Origin: Anaerohalosphaeraceae bacterium
Lineage (GTDB): Bacteria; Planctomycetota; Phycisphaerae; Sedimentisphaerales; Anaerohalosphaeraceae
NCBI GenBank assembly: GCA_050309605.1
Contig: JBNRMN010000067.1
Location: 1-64,000 of the forward strand
Direction of reading: 5' to 3'
DNA length: 64,000 bases
A model generated the notes under the pieces. That model was not told the DNA's origin, did not search any database, and worked only from the letters and a program-made list of their open reading frames with translations. Both the position numbers and the translations under genes were made by a program. This document shows positions 59,341-64,000 of the stretch, one piece after another. The first letter of the stretch is position 1. The number at the start of each line of letters is the position of its first letter.

Positions 59341-59730
59341 ATGAGAAAGTCGATTGTATTTGGACTCGTCGGGATCATTGGTTTTTGGGCGGCAGCAGGG
59401 TGCAGCAACGTCAGATCTATAGATAATGCGCCATCCCTGTTCCCGCCGCAGCCTTTGATTAACGAGGTCTTTACCGTGGATGGCATCCCGCACCCGAAAT
59501 ATATGGTCGGCGGCGGTTTTGCCGTGGAATTCAAAGCCCCCTGCGAGGGCATGTTGTTTTGGGTTGAACAAACCGAACGCCGCATGATGATGACCAAACA
59601 ACTTCAAGAGGGCCAGACGTTTGACGAATATGTGCCCGTCGATCAGGAAGAATTCAGACAGTTGTTCCGGGATATCGACAAGACCCGCTTTGTTTTGTAT
59701 TTCGTTCCGACACAGCCGACCGACCGATAA
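59341..59730 (+). CDS. Hypothetical lipoprotein
   Basis: Lipobox-like AAGC after a hydrophobic N-terminus; AAGGAG RBS. Confidence 0.75.
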   Translation: MRKSIVFGLVGIIGFWAAAGCSNVRSIDNAPSLFPPQPLINEVFTVDGIPHPKYMVGGGFAVEFKAPCEGMLFWVEQTERRMMMTKQLQEGQTFDEYVPVDQEEFRQLFRDIDKTRFVLYFVPTQPTDR

Positions 59731-59940
59731 GGGATCATTTTCAAGACCTCGACCGTATCTGTCAAACAGCCGATTACCGTGCAAAAGTTCGGTGTCCTCG
59801 GCGTCGGTCTGTCCGATAATCCTTTAGCTCTTAAGCCCAATAAACCCTCACAGGCTTTAGTCTAATCCATATTCATACACTCACTGCCCGCCGGCTTGTT
59901 TGAGAACGTCAGTTATGGTATAATACAACCTGCCGAACGC

Positions 59941-60100
59941 AACAAAAGCGCGGCGGCGCGAGCCGCCCGATGGGACGTGACGCTGTGGGTGACGCAACCA
60001 CCCCGTCCGCCTGCGGCGGCCACCCCTCCTTGGTAAGGAGGGGAACCAAAAAAGTTCTCCCCCTGTCAAGGGGGAGTACCCGCGCAGCGGGGGAGGGGGT
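59941..60100. repeat. Cluster of two REP-like palindrome families upstream of the DUF559 gene
   Basis: Type A AGCGCGGCGGCGCGAGCCGCCCGAT; type B CCGCCTGCGGCGGCCACCCCTCCTTGGTAAGGAGGGGA; an inverted B-like unit CTCCCCCTGTCAAGGGGGAG. Confidence 0.85.
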
Positions 60101-60134
60101 ATAGAACAGGAAAAATTCGATAAAAGGTAACCGA

Positions 60135-60536
60135 ATGGCCGAGCAAGGGTTTAACAATCATCCGGAATTAAAGCCCTGCCGCAGGCAACTGCGAAGCTGT
60201 ATGACGCCGGCCGAAGCGCGGTTGTGGACGTACTTGAAGGGCAAGCAGCTTGACGGACGCAAGTTCCGTCGGCAGCACAGCTTTGGCGGCTATATTTTGG
60301 GCTTTTACTGTCCGGCTGAACGGCTGGCGATCGAACTGGACGGCAAGCCGCATTATTATGCGGAAGCGATTGAGCATGACCGTCGGCGGGATGCGTTTCT
60401 AAAACAGCATGGCATCTTGACGCTTCGGTATGTCAATCGCTGGATGTTTGACAACCCCGAAGGCGTGCTGGGTGATATTCGAGAACATTTTGGCTGGTGG
60501 AAGAAAGCGGATGCGGCTAAGGCCGCAACTAAATAA
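60135..60536 (+). CDS. DUF559 / Vsr-like endonuclease-domain protein
   Basis: LR..MTPAE..LW, KFRRQH, YIL(G)FYC, LAIELDG..H, D..RD.FL...G...LR..N. Confidence 0.9.
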   Translation: MAEQGFNNHPELKPCRRQLRSCMTPAEARLWTYLKGKQLDGRKFRRQHSFGGYILGFYCPAERLAIELDGKPHYYAEAIEHDRRRDAFLKQHGILTLRYVNRWMFDNPEGVLGDIREHFGWWKKADAAKAATK

Positions 60537-60537
60537 T

Positions 60538-60670
60538 ACCACCTCGTCCGCCTGCGGCGGCCACCCCTCCTTGGTAAGGAGGGGAGTAAAACAAAAGCGC
60601 GGCGGCGCGAGCCGCCCGATGGGGCGCGACGCCGTGGGTAACGCAATCCGGCCGCTCGCGCGGCTCGGTT
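60538..60670. repeat. Repeat of the type B and type A palindromes downstream of the DUF559 gene
   Basis: B copy at 60538-60585, A copy at 60590-60646, inverted A-like unit at 60646-60670. Confidence 0.85.
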
Positions 60671-60705
60671 TTTGGGGTGGGTGCTGGTGATTTTTTGGGG
60701 ATGTG

Positions 60706-61527
60706 ATGGATTTGTGGCTTGAGACAATCGGGGTGTTCGCCGTCGCGGCGACGGGGATGCTGCTGGGGCACATGGCCTCGCGCAGCGGGTCGTTGTCGCG
60801 CACCGCGGCACTGGGAGTAACGTTCCTGCTGGTGGGGCTGGTTCTGGTTGGACGCTTCCCGACGGTGGTGTATCGCTGGCCGGCGCTGTATCCGCTGGCA
60901 GCCGGTCGCGTGCGGTTTGTGCTGCTGGTCTTTGCGGTGACACTGGGGCTTAGCGCGCCGCTGGCTCAACTGACCCGTCCGGGCGTGCGGATGCTGACAT
61001 GTGTGATGATGGCGCTGTTTGTTTCGGCGCTGACGATTTTTCCGTTTGTCGGCCCGGCGGCGGTGCAGGGGCAGTTGGCCACGCTGTACAACCAATGGGA
61101 TGCCGACCAGGTATGTCGTCAATCTCAGCCGTTTACCTGCGGGGCGGCGGCTGCGGCCACCGCGCTTCGCCGGTTGGGGATTGAGGCCGACGAAGGCGAA
61201 CTGGCCGTAGCGGCGCGCACCAGTCCGATGATCGGTGCGTCGGTCTGGACGCTGTATCTGGCGCTGAACGAGCGATACAGTCCGCAGGGTGTGTCCTGTT
61301 CGTTCGGTATGTTTGATAGGCTCGATGCGGTTCCGCAGGACGGCGTAATGCTGGCGGTGATGCGCGACAGCGCCTGGGGCGACCATTGTGTGGTCGTCCT
61401 CGAGATGACCTCGCGCGGCGTGACCATCGCCGACCCGGCACAGGGGCTGATCCATCTTTCGATAGAACAGTTCCTCCGTTCCTGGCGCGGCAGCGGCATT
61501 GTCCTTCGAAGACCGGCCGCGGCATAA
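60706..61527 (+). CDS. Membrane protein with a C-terminal peptidase C39 domain
   Basis: About four TM helices, then QSQPFTCGAAA, DHCVVV, IADPAQG, F...W.G. Confidence 0.85.
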   Translation: MDLWLETIGVFAVAATGMLLGHMASRSGSLSRTAALGVTFLLVGLVLVGRFPTVVYRWPALYPLAAGRVRFVLLVFAVTLGLSAPLAQLTRPGVRMLTCVMMALFVSALTIFPFVGPAAVQGQLATLYNQWDADQVCRQSQPFTCGAAAAATALRRLGIEADEGELAVAARTSPMIGASVWTLYLALNERYSPQGVSCSFGMFDRLDAVPQDGVMLAVMRDSAWGDHCVVVLEMTSRGVTIADPAQGLIHLSIEQFLRSWRGSGIVLRRPAAA

Positions 61528-61537
61528 CGTCAACAAC

Positions 61538-61566
61538 TCAGGGGCAGGCCGTGTGTCTGCCCCTGA
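61538..61566. terminator. Hairpin after the C39 gene
   Basis: TCAGGGGCAGGC-cgtgt-GTCTGCCCCTGA. Confidence 0.5.
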
Positions 61567-61620
61567 TATATCTCATAATTGACGATTCAGCGACAGTCCC
61601 CTTGACCACCCCTCGGAGCG

Positions 61621-61997
61621 ACACCAGCGCGGCACACCAGCGCGGCGCAATAGCGAGGCGGCGCAAGCCGCCCGATACGGGGATGCGTGTGTGTTGAACG
61701 TTATCCAAGGCGAGGTGTTATCCGGCTCACTTGCGCGGCTCGGCTGTTGTACGATGATGCGACACAACAGCGCGGCACAACAGCGCGGCGGCGCAAGCCG
61801 CCCGATCAGCGATGCGGATGCGTAAGGCGTTGTCTGAGTTGTAATATTATCCGGCGGCTTGCGCCGCTCGGCTGTTGAATAATGACGCAGCGCAACGGCG
61901 TGGTGCTATCCGGCCGCTCGCGCGGCTCGGCTATTGTTACGTGTCGCAATCCGGCCGCTGGCGCGGCTCGGCTATTTTGCGATGACGCGACACAACA
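61621..61997. repeat. REP/BIME-like array, inverted and more diverged relative to 53391-53751
   Basis: AGCGCGGCGGCGCAAGCCGCCCGAT and ATCCGGCGGCTTGCGCCGCTCGGCTGTTG units; 12-nt ACAMCAGCGCGG iterations. Confidence 0.8.
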
Positions 61998-62038
61998 TTG
62001 CGATGGTACAAGGGCACCCGATACGACAATCGCGATGG

Positions 62039-63244
62039 TTATGATTGGTTTCTTTTTTGTGCCAGCTCGAAGGTGTCGGCGGCGATGGCCGCTTCTTCGT
62101 CCGTCGGAATCACAAACACCCTGACGCGCGAGGCCTCACTGCTGATGAGCCGCTCTTTCGGCTCGGCGGCGGTGTTGCGCGTCGGATCGATGGCGATACC
62201 GATTTGTGTCTGGTCGGCGCAGATGTGATGGCGCAGCAGGGCGTTGTTCTCGCCGATGCCGCCGGTAAACACCACGGCGTCCAGACGGCCCATCGCGGCT
62301 GTGTACGCGCCGATGTATTTGGTAATCCGATAGCAGAAAATGTCAATCGCCAGTTGGGCACGCTGATGCCCTTCGGCCGCCCGCTCGAGCAGATTGCGCA
62401 TATCGTTTGAAATTCCCGAGATGCCCAGCAGCCCGCTTTGCTTGTTGCACATGGCGTTGAGCTGTTTGATGTCGTAGCCCTTATCGGCCAGATAAAACAG
62501 AATCGCCGGATCCATATCCCCGCATCGCGTGCCCATCACCACACCTTCCAGCGGCGTCAATCCCATCGAGGTATCGACACTTTTGCCGCCTTTGACCGCG
62601 GTAATAGAGCAGCCGTTGCCCAGATGGCAGGTGATGACATTGACTTGTGTTTTGTCGGCATCCAGCAGCGCTGCGCAGCGGCGGGCGACATAGCGATGGC
62701 TCGTGCCGTGAAAGCCGTACCGACGCACGCGATAGGTTTCGTAAATTTCATACGGCAGGCCGTACAGATAGGCGGTCTTCGGGATGCTCGTATGAAACGC
62801 CGTGTCAAAGCAGGCCGCCTGCAACGCATCGGGCAGCGCGTGCATGGCTGCGCGGATGCCGGTCAGATTTGGCGGATTATGCAGCGGCGCCAAATCCGCA
62901 TAGCGTTGGATCGATTCGAGGACGTGCTCGTTGATGACCACCGAGCCGGTAAATTCCTCGCCGCCGTGGACGACACGATGGCCGACCGCCTGGATCTCGT
63001 CGATGCGGCTGACCACGCCGATTTTCGCATCCGCCAGTGTGCTCAAAATCACCTGCATTCCCGTGTCGTGATCCGGGGCGTCCACGCCGGCGGTATGTTC
63101 GGTGTTGTTGTACTTGTGGACCAGATTCGCCTGCGGCTCGCCGATACGCTCAACCATACCCCGCGCCACAATCGACCGTTGCGGCATCTCGAACAACTGA
63201 TATTTAATCGACGAACTGCCCGCGTTAATCACCAATATTTTCAT
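62039..63244 (-). CDS. ackA: Acetate kinase
   Basis: INAGSSSIKYQ, GHRVVHGG, APLHNP, FDTAFH, YGFHGTSH, HLGNG, FTGGIGEN, PTDEE. Confidence 0.98.
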   Translation of the reverse strand: MKILVINAGSSSIKYQLFEMPQRSIVARGMVERIGEPQANLVHKYNNTEHTAGVDAPDHDTGMQVILSTLADAKIGVVSRIDEIQAVGHRVVHGGEEFTGSVVINEHVLESIQRYADLAPLHNPPNLTGIRAAMHALPDALQAACFDTAFHTSIPKTAYLYGLPYEIYETYRVRRYGFHGTSHRYVARRCAALLDADKTQVNVITCHLGNGCSITAVKGGKSVDTSMGLTPLEGVVMGTRCGDMDPAILFYLADKGYDIKQLNAMCNKQSGLLGISGISNDMRNLLERAAEGHQRAQLAIDIFCYRITKYIGAYTAAMGRLDAVVFTGGIGENNALLRHHICADQTQIGIAIDPTRNTAAEPKERLISSEASRVRVFVIPTDEEAAIAADTFELAQKRNQS

Positions 63245-63435
63245 ACAAGAACAACCTTTCTGATATAAATCCCCATTGTATTCAAATAAAAGGCCTATTA
63301 TGTGCAAAAATATCACTTTCGTCAACGCCTCTCCTGAAAAACCGGGGCTTTCTAAAGCCGGCTCGCGAAAACGCCGATAGATTCTGAACGGTCGCACGTG
63401 ATATATTGTCGAGATATGAGGAAGGGATTTTTACA

Positions 63436-64000
63436 GTGCCCCAAAAACGCAATCAGCGAGCCTTAAACGCCATTCGGCTGCTGCGAACGCGGCAGCGCAA
63501 GCAGGCTCAAAAGATAGATATTCTGTGTCGGGATATGGTCTCGGCTCACGAACAATTTTCGCTGAAATTGACGCGGCTGGCGTTTGCGGCCTCTTTTTAT
63601 GAGTCGCTGCTGGCCTGTGCCGGGTTGGAAGAGACGCTCGATCGGGCCGTGGAGCTGCTGCGCGCCGATGTGCCGCAATCCGGGGCGGCGATTTTTCTGG
63701 CCGAGGCGTCCGGCTTTGATGTGCATCTGGCCAAGTCAGCCGACCAGAACCAGGTCGAAAAATCGCATTTTCAATGCTGGTTTACACGCCAAATCGTTCG
63801 ACAAATCAGCCAGACCAACCGCGTCTGCACGCTGTCGGAGATGCTGAAAATGGGTTTGCAGGCGCCGCCTTCAGCGCTCAAGACGCTCTCGGCCGCGGCG
63901 GTTCCGCTGGGCCGACTGGGACAGGGCGTCGGCTTTGTCCTGGTTTACCGCACTGCCGAAAACCCCTTGCTGGCCGAGGAGCTGTCGCGCATCGCCGCCG
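63436..64000 (+). CDS. Hypothetical protein, coiled coil + possibly GAF-like domain (partial, runs off the window)
   Basis: Manual translation from GTG 63436: MPQKRNQRALNAIRLLR...KIDILCRDMVSAH...LSAAAVPLGRLGQGVGFVLVYR; open to the edge. Confidence 0.65.
   Translation, partial: MPQKRNQRALNAIRLLRTRQRKQAQKIDILCRDMVSAHEQFSLKLTRLAFAASFYESLLACAGLEETLDRAVELLRADVPQSGAAIFLAEASGFDVHLAKSADQNQVEKSHFQCWFTRQIVRQISQTNRVCTLSEMLKMGLQAPPSALKTLSAAAVPLGRLGQGVGFVLVYRTAENPLLAEELSRIAA

Noticed and set aside
59731..59900. Possible gene or IS remnant after the lipoprotein gene
   Set aside because: The frames I translated give no recognisable motif, and no terminal inverted repeat was found.

Overview
Bacterial chromosomal window, most likely from a planctomycete of the Phycisphaerae type. 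This is an inference from the DUF1559-type prepilin protein, secreted proteins ending in a dockerin-like EF-hand motif, a reduced mraZ-rsmH-ftsL-ftsI cluster, and ffh-rpsP-trmD-rplS without rimM. In order, the window holds: (1) 1-6.9 kb, a glycan-use locus (DapA/NanA-family tail, LamG protein, prepilin-type protein, FGE-sialidase fusion); (2) a mini-dcw cluster with two inserted genes, an rpmH missed by the ORF track, a nitroreductase and murA; (3) a T2SS operon gspE-F-G-H-I-J-K-L-M-(two paralogues)-D; (4) a candidate small RNA, a pRiA4b-ORF3-like gene, a sirtuin, GTP-PEPCK and a 1957-aa secreted beta-helix protein with a toxin-like helical module; (5) coaD, queD, mcsA-mcsB with a metallopeptidase/ATP-grasp pair, menG, menA, truD, yraN, rplS, trmD, rpsP and ffh; (6) PilZ, cobO, GH43, rhaB, an AAA ATPase, a palindrome-flanked DUF559 nuclease gene, a C39 peptidase and ackA. 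The strongest novel candidate is a 104-aa gene directly behind ffh that aligns without gaps to the Ffh M domain but has lost the SRP-RNA-binding residues. No tRNA, rRNA, CRISPR array or transposase was recognised. All family calls come from reading motifs by eye; no database search was run.
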